64,000 nucleotides of DNA from Balamuthia mandrillaris. Taxonomy: Eukaryota. The notes under the pieces are model-generated. The model searched no databases, was not told the origin of the DNA, and was given only the letters and a program-made list of their open reading frames with translations. Shown one piece after another: positions 40,283 through 51,976 of the stretch (positions within the stretch are counted from its first letter, which is position 1; the number at the start of each line of letters is the position of its first letter). Both the position numbers and the translations under genes were made by a program. The DNA lies in contig JAVKOQ020000020.1 of NCBI GenBank assembly GCA_031835245.2, forward strand, positions 124,001 through 188,000. Direction: 5' to 3'.

Positions 40283-41495
40283 TCAATCTGCAATTTTTTG
40301 GATGAGAGAAGAAGAAGAAGAAGAAGAAGAAGAAGAAGAAGAAGAAGAAGAAGAAGAAGCAGAACAAGAAGAACAAGAAAAGTTATGATATAGATCAAGT
40401 TGACGTTGAGTGAGCCAGGGTTCGAGAAAGGAGATGAGGTCAGGCGGCAGCTTCTGAAGGTCGGATAGGAGATCTCTTTTCTTGGAGCCCCAAAACCGAA
40501 GAAGTTGTCCAGCAGTAAGTTCAAGACATGAAAGATGAGAAGAAGAACCAGTGGAAGGTGAAGAAAGAGAGGTCCACCGAAGTAAATCTCTTGTGTTCTT
40601 GAAAGCGGACTTTTGGTTTATCCATTGCGAAGGTTGCGCTGGTGGAGAGGACAAAATGGATGATGCTGTTGCATCGGAGGTAGGACGAAAAAGCAGTAAG
40701 AGATAGGAAGAACTAGGGAAAAGGAATCACGAAAAGAGTGAAGAAACTCACGAATAGAAAGACGAGGAGCCTTGAAATGAACAACTCTGTCCTCAGGAGA
40801 ATTCAACAATCCACATGCTACCAAAAACTCGGCTGCCTCCTCCTCTCCATCAAAGAGCAACATGTCAACGATGTCTCCGAGAGGAATTGCCTCTGAACGA
40901 TGATACGCTTTGTTCATGATCTTCACCGCTGACCATCGAATGTCGGCAAAGACGCGATGCAGAAGAACGGAGAAGAGAAAGGAGGAGTGTTGGCTGCGAA
41001 TGCCTTCTTGGAAGAACGTGGTGTAGTCGTTGTTGTGGAAAGCTGTCCACACAGTCATCGCTGTTGTTAACAGTTCATGTCCTTCTTTCGATAATGAAGA
41101 AGCAGCAGCAGAAGAAGAAGAAGAAGCAGGACAAGCGGAAGGTTTCGTAAAGACGGAAGAAGGCAAGGAAGTGAGATCAGAACTATCAATGTGAACAAGG
41201 ACAGAGTAGGCGGTGAACTCAGGTTCGTGAATGCATCGAATGCCTTTCTCGCGAAGAGCTCTGTCTGTTGAACGACCATGAGCGAAGAAATGAGAATAAG
41301 CAGGGAAAAGAATACCGTACATTCGTATTGAAGACTGAGAAGACAGTTTTGGATCTGTTCTCGGTTTTGATGAAAGTAGAACGAGAACTGTTTGTGGGAC
41401 TGATGGCACAAGCGATGCTCGCTCAGAATGTCTGTTAAACAAAAGAAATAGATTAAGGGGAACGAAACGAAGAGGAAAGCGAAAGCAGGCAAGGA

Positions 41496-41549
<54 letters not shown>

Positions 41550-42389
41550 AAAGAGGAAGAGAGGAGAGAGAATGTAGGACTAGAGAAGAACAAAAGAAGG
41601 AGAAGAGTGCAAGTGTTGCTTACGAAAACGAGCCATGGCTTCGTAGATACGAACGCAATCCAGCCCACCAAGGTTCTGCAGTGTAATGTCCTGTCGTATC
41701 GCTCTCATTCTATCACTCACAAACGCATACACCTTTTTGTTTGAGATCAAATCATGAGGGAAGATTAAGCAGAGAGAAGAGAGCAGAGAGAAACAGAGAA
41801 GAGAGAGAGAGAAAGAGAGAAAGAGAAGAGAGAAGAGAGAAGCAAGAAAGAGGGAAGAGAGAAGCAAAAAAGAGGGAAGAGAGGAAGAGAGAGAGAGAGA
41901 AAGGGAGAGAGGCGAGAAGAGCGAAGAACAAGAAGAACAAAAAGAGAAGAGAAGAGAGAACAGGAACGAAGCATGAACCTCCCAGAATGGGTACGAATGG
42001 TTGTGCAGAACACGGTCGCTGAGAAGGTAGTCCAGCGTGCGCAGCAGCACGGGCATGGGTCGTACCGTCTCAGGCGGTTGCGAGTGGCCGCTCAACCGAA
42101 AGTACTGCTTGACGGCGTACTTCGTTGTCGCCGTCGCTGTTGCCGTGTTGTGCCTGCTACCGCTGCTTCTATTCGTGGTTCTTCTGCCCCTTGTGAGGAG
42201 CTGTTTGTTGTTGTTGTTGTTGGTGTGGCTTCGTCTCTCCTCCACTTCTTGGCCAAGATCCGCTTGCTCAAAGACGCTGAGGTGGCCACAACGGGCGCGT
42301 TGCTCTCGCTCTTTCTTCGGGCACATGTCCAGGCAGGTGCCCACCAACACGTTCCTGAACAACAACCCTTCTGCCCTTTTGGCTTGCAT
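40283..42389 (-). CDS. SAC3/GANP domain protein (SAC3D1-like), multi-exon
   Basis: LVGTCLDMCPKKEREQR, AVKQYFR..PPETVRPMPVLLRTLDYL, YAFVSDRMRAIRQDITLQNL, IYEAMARF, EPEFTAY, MNKAY; 3' end approximate. Confidence 0.85.
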
Positions 42390-42390
42390 G

Positions 42391-42429
<39 letters not shown>

Positions 42430-42530
42430 TTGTCTTTTTTTTTTCTCTCTGTTGTTGAATTGTTTGTCTTGAAGAAGAGAGAAAAAGAAATGAGAAAACA
42501 AACAGCCATGAAGATGAGTCGCAGACTAGT

Positions 42531-43776
42531 TCAGCAGGAAAAGAGGCTGGAAGAAGTGCGGAAGGTTGGTGGTGTTAGCGAGGTGTGGGTTAGCCTTGCG
42601 CCATGTTGCTCGGCGCTTGCTCTGCTGCTTGGGTCCAAGGTTGCTCCAATGAAGTCCGCTGTTGCCAAAGCGAATTGGAAAGATGAAAAGCGAGCTTTTG
42701 ATGGGGCGCATAAAAGGGCAGCTCCACGTTCGAAACGAACATGGGTGAGGGTACAACCACGAAACTTGGCGTTGTGCAGATTGCACTCACGGAAGGTTAC
42801 GCTCTCTAGCGTGCCACAGGAAGTGAGATCAACGCCTTGAAGAATGCATTTCTCGAAGGTGACCCCTTTCAACGGTTGCCCAAAGCGAAAACCTGGCTTA
42901 AACGCACAATTCGTAAAAACCGTTCCTTGGTTGCCAAACCTCACCTTGTCCACTGAATGGAACGTTACGTTGGTCAGCTGCAAGTATTTGTCGGAATGGT
43001 GATGGTTATAGAAGAGGTCGGTAAGCTGAGATAGTTGGCGCGACGTCTGCTCTTCCAGCGCTTTTATCCTGTTTTGCATGGCCAAAAGCGTGGGGCGAAG
43101 GGTAACAAAAGCGCAGGAGCTTTCGTGCTCCTTCTTGTGTCTTTGAAGCATGGTGGCTACGCATCCAACGTCTGCTCCTTGACAAGGGACTTGCTTCTCG
43201 GAACACTGCTCCTCGTGCTCAACCAGCGATGCTCTGGTTAGTTGGGAACCACAACCAAATGGACAAAGTACTGGGCACTGCTTCTCCACGTGGCTTTCAA
43301 AGTTTCCTCTGTTGTACTCAACAGAACAAGAAACATGAGAAAAAGAAATAGGAGAAAAAAGAAAAAGAAAAAGAAAAAGAAAAGAAAGGGCTAGAGAAGA
43401 GCTACCTCTCGCATTCAGTGGAGCAATGAGAACAGCGAACTTTGAGGCGGTTCACGAGGTTGTTGACCAAACGACTTGGTTCTTGAAGCTCTTTGGCTTG
43501 AGCGAAGGAGCGGCGACAGAGAGGACAGGAAGCCGTGCGGCTAATGCAGTCGTGGCAAAAGCAAGCTCGGCAACAAGCCGTCTGAACGGGCTTCATGAAC
43601 GGAGTGTGACAAATGGAGCACAGCAGCTCCTCATCGATGGCATCTTCCTCCAAGTAAATGAATGTGGGCCGTTGCGCGGATGTCACGCCGCTGAGGGTTT
43701 TCTTTTGCTGTGGTGCTTGAACAGCAAACGCTGTGAGCAAGTTGGACATGCCGCCAAGAGCGCGTGGTGCTTGCAT
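42531..43776 (-). CDS. RING + TRAF-type zinc finger + coiled coil + pentapeptide-repeat protein, paralog C
   Basis: DEELLCSICHTPFMKPVQTACCRACFCHDC..CPLCR; intron about 43310-43404 at ECER|GNFE; CILQGVDLTSCGTLESVTFRECNLHNAKFRGCTLTHVRF. Confidence 0.85.
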
Positions 43777-43882
43777 TTTCCACGGTCAAGTGTGCCGCTG
43801 TTCATTACACGGTTTAATTAATTTGAAAGGTGCAAACACCTGTGAGGAACAACACCTAGTACCATTTTCAGCACCGCGTCCT

Positions 43883-45520
43883 TCACCGGCCAAGGTCGCT
43901 TTTTACTCTCTTCTCCAACATACGAATGAGCTTGTGCTTGCATCCTCGAACCTCGGTTGATCGCATGTACTCCACCAGCGCTCCAAGCAGGGGTTTCATT
44001 CTTTCTCCTTCTTCTCTCAAAAAGAACTCCAACAGCTCTCTGCATCGCATTCGGCAAAGGTCCTTCATCAGCACCATACCAGCTTCTCCTTCCACCATCC
44101 ATCCTCTTAACTCGGGAACTGCGTTCAAACATCCCTTCAACCTGTTCCTCTGGGGCTTGGAGCTGAGGTTCTTCTTGACAAACAGCTGTAGGGCTTCCAC
44201 GAGGAACTGCTTCTCTTTCTCATCTTCAACCATTCGCACACGGATATTGCTGAAAAGGTGAAAGCGAAGAGCCTGAAGAAGAAAAGGGTCGTTGGGAAGG
44301 ACAAGATGACGAGAACAGAATCCCGTTAAACAAGTTCGTGTGAACGGATCGTCAGAGCAAAGAGGAGGTGGAAAAGAAACGCCACGAAGAAAGCCTCCCA
44401 TCTCCAACAATCTTAGTACATCCCATGTTAGTACTCGTTGTTGTGAAGAAGAAAAAAGCGAGGAAGTAGAAGAAGAAGCAGTAAAAGAAGGGGAGAACGA
44501 GGAGGAAGAAGGAGATGAGCGCAGCCTTGCGAGATGTGCAAGGACGTGAGAAGCAAGGATGGGCAGCCGTCTACCAGGCATGGGTAATAAGACGTTAAGG
44601 TCCTCCAGGTTCTCTGCCAAACACCAGTTGTAAGAATGGGAGGAGCCTGGCCAAGCCTTGGAAACAAGCCAAGCAGGTTGTTGTCTGGCGGTTGTGGCAT
44701 GGTACAATCGAGCCAGAAGCATGGTTCTGAACACGCCAAAGGAGCGACGGCTGAGTTTCATTGCTGGCTTGTCTTCTTTGGGACGATAAGGTTCTCCCCA
44801 GGGTGTACCCGTGGTCATCGTAGTGAGCACGAAATGAGGGATCTCCTCTCCTCCCCAGCCCATATATGCTCTGTGAAAGCACCAGCCAAGGCCTTTGCCC
44901 GCGGAGCAGATGAGCTCCTCCAAGACCACAAAGTCTCCCATTGACGCGCGGGTGAAGCGGGAGGAGCTGCGAAGTATGCCTCTCAGAAGGTCTGCCAGGT
45001 TGAAGGTGCTGGATTCGTGCTTGGAAAGGGTGTCGGTGGATGCACCCGCCTCAAGGAGAGCATTAAGACGTCCGTTTTGAAGCACTTCGCGGGTGTTACG
45101 ACGATCACTTTGTCGAAGAAGCTGTTCGAGCTGCTGGTCGAGAGAGAGCGCGTCTTCGACTGACAGTTTGGCACGCGCGGCTTGGCGACGAGCCAAACGC
45201 TCCCACACAGCGTGTTTGCGTTGGTCAAACGCCCTGGCCTCGCACAGCTGGAGGCAACGTTCCGCTACGCGGTGCCATCGGCGGCAAACCAGTTGGACGG
45301 CGCCAGCGAACAGAGGGCGGTTGGGCAACCAGGCACCGCCGTCGTCGTAGAAGAGGTCCTTGGCGTAGTTGCCCTGCGCTCTTTCGGACGAAAACTTTCG
45401 GTCACGCCCTTCTCTGCCCAGGCGGCGTGAAAGCGGGTCCTCATCCTCCCCCTCCTCCTCCTCGGCAAGAAAGCCAAAGACGACCAGCAGCAGGTCTTCA
45501 TTGCGCAGCACGTCTTCCAT
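43883..45520 (-). CDS. Intronless uncharacterised protein with split F-box-like N-terminus
   Basis: Long uninterrupted ORF; MEDVLRNEDLLLVVFGFL ... VQLVCRRWHRVA resembles an F-box with an acidic insertion; remainder not recognised. Confidence 0.6.
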   Translation of the reverse strand: MEDVLRNEDLLLVVFGFLAEEEEGEDEDPLSRRLGREGRDRKFSSERAQGNYAKDLFYDDGGAWLPNRPLFAGAVQLVCRRWHRVAERCLQLCEARAFDQRKHAVWERLARRQAARAKLSVEDALSLDQQLEQLLRQSDRRNTREVLQNGRLNALLEAGASTDTLSKHESSTFNLADLLRGILRSSSRFTRASMGDFVVLEELICSAGKGLGWCFHRAYMGWGGEEIPHFVLTTMTTGTPWGEPYRPKEDKPAMKLSRRSFGVFRTMLLARLYHATTARQQPAWLVSKAWPGSSHSYNWCLAENLEDLNVLLPMPGRRLPILASHVLAHLARLRSSPSSSSFSPSFTASSSTSSLFSSSQQRVLTWDVLRLLEMGGFLRGVSFPPPLCSDDPFTRTCLTGFCSRHLVLPNDPFLLQALRFHLFSNIRVRMVEDEKEKQFLVEALQLFVKKNLSSKPQRNRLKGCLNAVPELRGWMVEGEAGMVLMKDLCRMRCRELLEFFLREEGERMKPLLGALVEYMRSTEVRGCKHKLIRMLEKRVKSDLGR

Positions 45521-45772
45521 AGATGAACCGTTTGCTGTGCTTTTGTGTCGACGGGTCACTTACTTACCATATTTAAAGTTCATGACGTCAGCTTCTATAA
45601 TCGTGGGGGAGGGTCCACGTTCGACTCTAACCCGCTGCGAGTTGTTTTTTTTTGACTAATGCAAAATAAACTTTAAGGGAAAGAAACCTCTTGGTGCAAA
45701 CGAAAACAGCGCAAACCACTTCGAAGGATACCCAGAATTAAAAAAGTAAAGGACGAAGCAACAACAATCTCT

Positions 45773-46641
45773 TTAGAAAATGGTGATATCGAAAATGGCC
45801 TCAAAGATCAGGCTACTGGGAAAACCGGCCAGGTTCATCCTTCCCATGACTTGCACGACTCCCTCTTTGCCCTGAAACTCTTCCTTTCCGTCCTCCGCCA
45901 CGATGTTTGGCTCCTCCGCGAATGCTGTCACTCCGTGTGTGAACTTGCCAGAAAGAGGGTTGATGAGTGGAAGGATGCTGGCTTCATCATCGTCCACTAT
46001 GGTGCCTCTGCCATCCAGTCGGATGATGTGTCTGACAGTCGCTTGAAAGGCTGAGAGCTCGCTGTAAGAAACCGAATGGGCAGAGTTGATCCTGGCGCAG
46101 CCTGTCAAGGTGCCTAGAGAGGAGGGAGGATGATCGGCGTCCTGGATGAGGCCATCAAAGCATAGAACTGCTTCCTGGGAGCCGTTGACGGCTTCGTTGG
46201 GGTCGTTTGCAGAGGGAGTACGAGTCCATCCACAAGGTAACGAAAGGTTATACGCGGCTCTCGTTGGTAAGCGGTGCTCGCGTAGGCATTTGCGAAACAA
46301 AACGAAAGAACGAGAAACGTAAAGACACCACTTTGAGCGGGCATAGTAATTGTAACAACTTCATTGTTAATCAGCCGTGTTTCAGAGCTCCATTTTATGT
46401 GCGGCCGCGTGCACGCCTTGGATGAGTAGAACGTTGGGGAAATCGTCTTGGAATTGCCAACGGTTCCATCGACGCGCTCCCTCCGCTTCTCTCCGTTTGC
46501 CCCAACGACACATCTCTCTGCCAATACAATATCAAACATCGGGGGTGCCCCTTCAGCGAAACACCACACACACAAATGGACATGAAAGGAAGGACTGAAG
46601 GTGGAACTAAAGTTCAGGCCTCTCTCTTTGCTTTGCAGCAT
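45773..46641 (-). CDS. Hypothetical protein, probably beta-rich, at least 2 exons; start uncertain
   Basis: ORFs 46114-46686 and 45773-46300 join in frame through a plausible GT-AG intron (about 46260-46319) giving ...ITMPAQSGVFTAAYNLSLPCGW...LIFEAIFDITIF*. Confidence 0.45.
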
Positions 46642-46786
46642 AAAACCTGGCCTTTTTTGCCTGAAGAGGTCGTATCTTCGGTTCACCGGGTTTTTGTTGT
46701 AAATAAAAATATGATAAAACCGACCACTAGCTCTAAACCTACAGTAACAACTCTTGTTTGACTACCAAACAAACAAACGAACAAAC

Positions 46787-47970
46787 ATGCAAACGAAACC
46801 AGTAGCACCCCCTCCTCCTCCTGTAGCACCGCCTTCCAACCACCAAACCAGAAGCAACAGTGCCTCCTCTCTTCACACCAACATCAAGCGGTTCAACCGG
46901 AAACAACTGAACGTTGTATCGAAAGAGATTCGAGGAGAGACTTTGATTGTGAGCAAAGGCTTCTGTTCCTACCAGATAGAGGACGATGAGGACAAGACCG
47001 AGTATCACGACGAGCCGGAAGAGATTGAACGCAAGGCCAAGCTGCTGGCTCAGTGGATGAAAGAGAGCAACTATGCCGTGGCTTACACCGGAGCTGGCAT
47101 TTCGACTGCGGCTGACATTCCAGACTACAGGTTTGCTTCCTCACTCCTTTCTACTCCTTTTTCGTTTGTTGTTCGAACGCTTTGTTCGTCTCCTTTGTTT
47201 CTTCTTCTTTTTCTTATTTTCTTATTCTGTTTGCAGAGGACCAAAGGGAGTTTGGACCTTGGAAGCAGAAGGAGAGACGCCTGCTTCCTTCGGAGAGAGG
47301 TTAAACGAAGCTTCTCCCACGTTCGCCCACAGGGCATTGGCTACGCTCATGCAGCTTCCCTCCGAAGACGAGTCGTATCTCAAGTTTCTCGTGAGCACCA
47401 ACGTGGATGGTCTTCATCTCATGTCCGGGGTATGAAGTTCTCTTTCGTCCTCCTGTGTTCGTCTCTTTCTCTTTTCTCACGAGCTTGCCCACCCAGGTGT
47501 CTCCCAACAAAATGTCGGAGCTTCATGGTAGTCGAATGAAGAAAGAGTGCGACCGCTGCAAAGCCCCGCACTTTCTCATCTCTCCCGGTAGCAAGCGCAT
47601 CCGACGGCCGGTCAAATGCCAGCAGTGCGGCTGCTTCGAGTTCTCCAATACGGGTGTTGGGTTTGGCAGCCCTCTTCCCCCTGAGGAATGGCGCAAGGCC
47701 AAGGAGCACTCTGAAAGCTGCGACCTGGCGTTGGTTCTTGGCACGTCCCTGAGAGTCTCTCCGGCCTGTAACCTTGTGGAGCATTCCTACAAGAAGGAAG
47801 GGGGCAAGTTGGTCATCGTGAACCTTCAAAAGACGCCCTACGACAAGTACGCCAGCATGGTGATCAGAGGCCGAACGGACGAGGTGATGCGTATAGTGAT
47901 GAAGGAGCTTGAGGTGCCCGTCTACAAGGTTGTGGAGGGTCAGCTTAAGAGAGTATTGTACAGAGAGTAA
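46787..47970 (+). CDS. Sirtuin, class IV (SIRT6/7-like), 3 exons
   Basis: AYTGAGISTAADIPDYR|GPKGVWT, PTFAHRAL, STNVDGLHLMSG, ELHGS, CDRC..CQQC zinc ribbon, LVLGTSLRVSPACNL, LVIVNLQKTPYD. Confidence 0.92.
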
Positions 47971-48297
47971 AGAGAGGTGGAATATTTCCTCGTTTCTTGT
48001 TCTTGTTTTATTGGGGTTACTGTGAATGAAAGGATGTATTTGCATGGTGAAGAGAAGTGAGCGAAGAAGAAAAGAGAATTCTGTTATGCATTTGAATCGA
48101 TGCTGGGGTGCTATTTTTATATATGAGGGACAAAGTTACGGAACATAGAGAGCATAGATAGCATAGAGAGCAGAGAGAGCAGAGAGAGAGAGAGAGAGAG
48201 AGAGAGATGAGGAGGGATGAGGAGGGGTGGTGAGTGCTGATGTGGCCACAGCTACCATGTTGGTGGTTTAAAAAGTGAAATGCAAAAGACAAGAAGT

Positions 48298-49264
48298 TTA
48301 CTTGGTGGCAAGGGAACAGGCAGAAAGGGGCCGGTGGAAGCAGCTCGGGCTGCAACACAACAGCTCCCACCACACTCCTCGTTCCTCGTCCCAACACCTT
48401 CTCACCGCCCTTTCCCTTGCTCGTCCTCCTCCTTCTCCTGCTTCCTCCTCCTCCGCTTCTGCCTCCAAAAACAGCAGAGCACAAACATCACACCTTCTCT
48501 GCAGCCTTTCCAGCCTTTCCCTCACTTCTTCTGGCAGCACCACCTCCATCATGATGACCTCCTCCACACTCTCTTCTTCTTCTTTCCCTTCTGCTTTTGT
48601 CCTTTCCTTCTGGTTTGTGGGGCTCTCCACGGTTAGAAAAAGAAGAAATCCAATTGAAGGTCGGGCCTTGAACAGGGGTTAACAGGCAGGGTGGCAACAG
48701 GTTGTTCCTCAGCACCGCCTCTCCGCTCAAGTGCCACAAGGTTTTCATGGACGGTAATTGCCCTGGTTTCGCTCTTTTCTTCTTTTGCTTCTGTTTCTCC
48801 TCCTCCTTCGCCTCTTGCTCTTGCTCTTCTTCCTCATTCTCTTCCATTTGTTTGAGAAGTGCTTTTTGCTGGAGAAAGGGTGGAGGGGAGCGTGTTCTCA
48901 AGGATGGAAGAAGCCAAACCATTGAGCAAGGCAGTGCTGTCAAGGGGTTATTTTCCAGGTTGCACCAGTTGAGAGCGCGGAGCTGGCCAAACTCATTTGG
49001 CAAGGAGGTCAGCTTGTTTTGAGAGAGGTCGCAGCGGGTGAGAGCGGTGAGCTGGCCAAACTCTCTTGGCAAGGAGCTCAGCTTGTTGTGGGAGAGGTTG
49101 CAGTGGGTACAGTGTGCAAAGGGTTTGAGCAAGGAGGAGAAGGGCTTGGTTTTCCTCCTCTCCCTCTTCCTTGCCTGCGTGCTCCATTTCTCTTTTATTT
49201 TCTGAAGCACCTCTTGGCCTCTGACCCAATTCCAAACATGATTGACATGCTTAAAATTTCTCAA
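48298..49264 (-). CDS. Short LRR protein with BC/SOCS-box-like and Cys-rich C-terminus; possibly 5'-truncated or a pseudogene
   Basis: LRRs NLSHNKLSSLPREFGQLTALTRCDLSQNKLTSLPNEFGQLRALNWCNLENNPL; KTLWHLSGEAVLR; in a second frame LPEEVRERL..RRCDVCALLF..CCSPSCFH; no clear in-frame ATG upstream. Confidence 0.5.
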
Positions 49265-49497
49265 ATCGTTAACATTTTTGGCATTGCAGTAAATACTCCA
49301 GGTGCTATTTTTGTCGACGGATGTTCATTTGCAACAACCTCATAGTTAACTTGTGAGATAATAGGAAGAAAGAAGGACCCTCTTGTCGTCTTTGCTGTTC
49401 TTGCTTGTTGGCGTCACTGCTGCTCCTGGCCTGTTCAGCCTGCATAAACTTTGTTCGAGTGGTATTGGCTTGTTTTTCTTTGGTTAAAACCAACACT

Positions 49498-49933
49498 ATG
49501 GAGCCGTCATCTTCGGATGCAGAAGGCAAGTTTAGCGTTGCCTTTGTGACCACCAACAGCATGCAACAAGCTGAAGAGGTGAGCGATGCTCTCCTAGAAG
49601 CTGGTCTTGTTGCTTGTGTGAACATAGTTCCAGGTTTGCAGTTGTGTTTTGGTTTTTTTTGTCCTCACGCTTTTTCCACACTCACCTTGCATTCTTTTGT
49701 TGGTAGGTATTACTTCGAAGTATGTATGGCAAGGGAAGATCCAAAAGGACACAGAACTCCTCTTGGTCATAAAGACACGCACGAATCTTTTGGATCAGGT
49801 CATCTCCACCGTGAAAGCCAAACACTCCTACGAAGTGCCTGAAGTGATCAGCCTGCCCATTCAGAAGGGCAACCCGCCGTATTTGAAGTGGTTGGAAGAG
49901 AGCACCACTGCTATGCGGTCTCAGCAACAATAA
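49498..49933 (+). CDS. CUTA: CutA divalent cation tolerance protein, 2 exons
   Basis: VAFVTTNSMQQAEEVSDALLEAGLVACVNIVPG|ITSKYVWQGKIQKDTELLLVIKT..HSYEVPEVISLPIQKGNPPYLKWL. Confidence 0.95.
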
Positions 49934-50145
49934 GCTACCCTTCTTCTTGTTCTTCTTGTTCTTGTTAATGTTCTTGTTCTTCTTGTTCTTCTTCTTGTTC
50001 TTCTTGTTCTTCTTCTTCTTCTTCTTCTTCTTCTTGTTCTTCTTCTTCTTCTCCTTTTCTTCTTCTTCTCTCTCTCTCTCTTCTTTCTGCTTTGTCTCTT
50101 TTTAAAAATGTTAATAAGACAAGAATAATACAAAGAAAAGCATTC

Positions 50146-51944
50146 TCAGTTGTTTTCCATCTTGTGTAACAGCTGTTCAGCAGCACGCTGGGTGTGAGGA
50201 TCGTCTGCTGCGTCTGCACAAGTATGTAAATGCTCTCCACCCTTTTGTTTCAACAACTCCAAATTTTCTGGTGTAACCGAAAGCATTCAGAAGAGGGAAC
50301 GGGAGAATAGAAGAGTGAACGAAACAGAATGAGAGAAGAGAAGAGAAGAGAAGAGAACGAAGCAGAGAAGAGAAGAGAAGAGAAGAGAAGAGAAGAGAAG
50401 AGAAGAGAAGAGAAGAGAAGAGAACGATGAAGAGAACGATGAAGAGAACGATGAAGAGAACGATGAAGAGAAGAGAAGAGAAGAGAACGATGAAGAGAAG
50501 AGAATGATGAAGAGAAGAGAACGACGAAGGGAAGAGAACGATGAAGAGAGAGGCACCATCAAGTTTGCCAAGGTTGACCAACGCAAGACAACCATGAGAC
50601 ATCAAGTCAGAAAAATCCTTGTGCTCATCCATGGCAGCTACAATGGCATCAATGCCTCCGTTTTTAGCTATATAACGTCTGTTTTCATCTGGTATGTGTT
50701 TTGCGTTCTGGTCAAAAATGAAATAGAAGAACAATAAAAGAGAAGAAAGATAGGAACCAAAGTTGTGGCTTAGATTAGCCAACAACCAAACACCAGAGTA
50801 ACGCAGGAGCACATCGTTGTGACGCTTAATTGTATCCAACACAATGTCGATAACACCAGTACTGATGCTCGCTTTTTCAATGTCTATAGTTTTCGTAAGG
50901 AGTGAAAGAGACAGATGGCGAAAAAGATGAGAAAGAAGAAATAAAAGAGAGAAAGCAAACAAAAAAAATGACAAGCCAACTGACCGTCATTACAGCTGAG
51001 GTTAAGGAGAGCACCCAAAGCGCTGAACAACAGTCGTTTCGACTCAGGGAATGCTTTCATGGCCGTTATGATTGCTTCAACTCCTTTTGCCTCGAATATA
51101 GCTTGCTGGTTTACTACCGAGAATAAGAGACATAGGTAAGAAGAAACTAAAACGAGGAGAAACAAGAAGGAAGGAGCGAAAGTACCAGGATTCTCGCTTG
51201 CAAATTGTTCCAAGGCCCAACAAGCATACGTCAACAAGGTCTCATCGGTAGGATTGTCATTCATGGCAGCCATCACAGTGGGCAGTCCTTTGCCTTTGGA
51301 TACAACCGCTGTTTGTGTTTCATCTATTTTGAAATAAAGTAAGCATACAGAATGAAGAAGAGAAAGACAAAAGCAAGAAAGGATAGGAAATAAGAAGAAA
51401 TAATAAACAATAAACAATAAACAATAAACAAGATAGATGATAGAAGAAACAAGAAAGAAAAAAGATGAAGAAAGAAGACAAGAATGAAGTACATACTGTT
51501 GCATGCAAGGTTACCAAGAGCACGAATAACGCAGACTTGAAGTTCTGAGTAAGTAGGGTGAGCTTCTCTGGCAGCCGCTAAGGCCTCTACAGCTCCTTTG
51601 ACCACCATCTCCATTCGTAAATCCTCTACATATGATAATAATGGTTTAGAGGGAAGAAGAAGGAGAAGGATAAGAAGAAGTAGAAGTAGAAGCAGAAGAA
51701 GAACAAGGACAAGAAGAAGAAGAAGCAGAGCAAGAGCAGCAAAGAAAAAGAGGAGACAAAGAGCAAAGAGCATGAAAGCAGCAGAAAACGAGAGAAAGAT
51801 ATAAACTAGCATGAAAGGCTGCGATTTTTTCCAACGCAAATGCACCGTAGTGCTGCACAACTCTGCTGGAGTGATGAGCACCCATCGCGGCGATTATAGC
51901 TGCTGTTGTTGCTGGTGTTGCTATTTGACAACAAAGTAAATACA

Positions 51945-51976
<32 letters not shown>

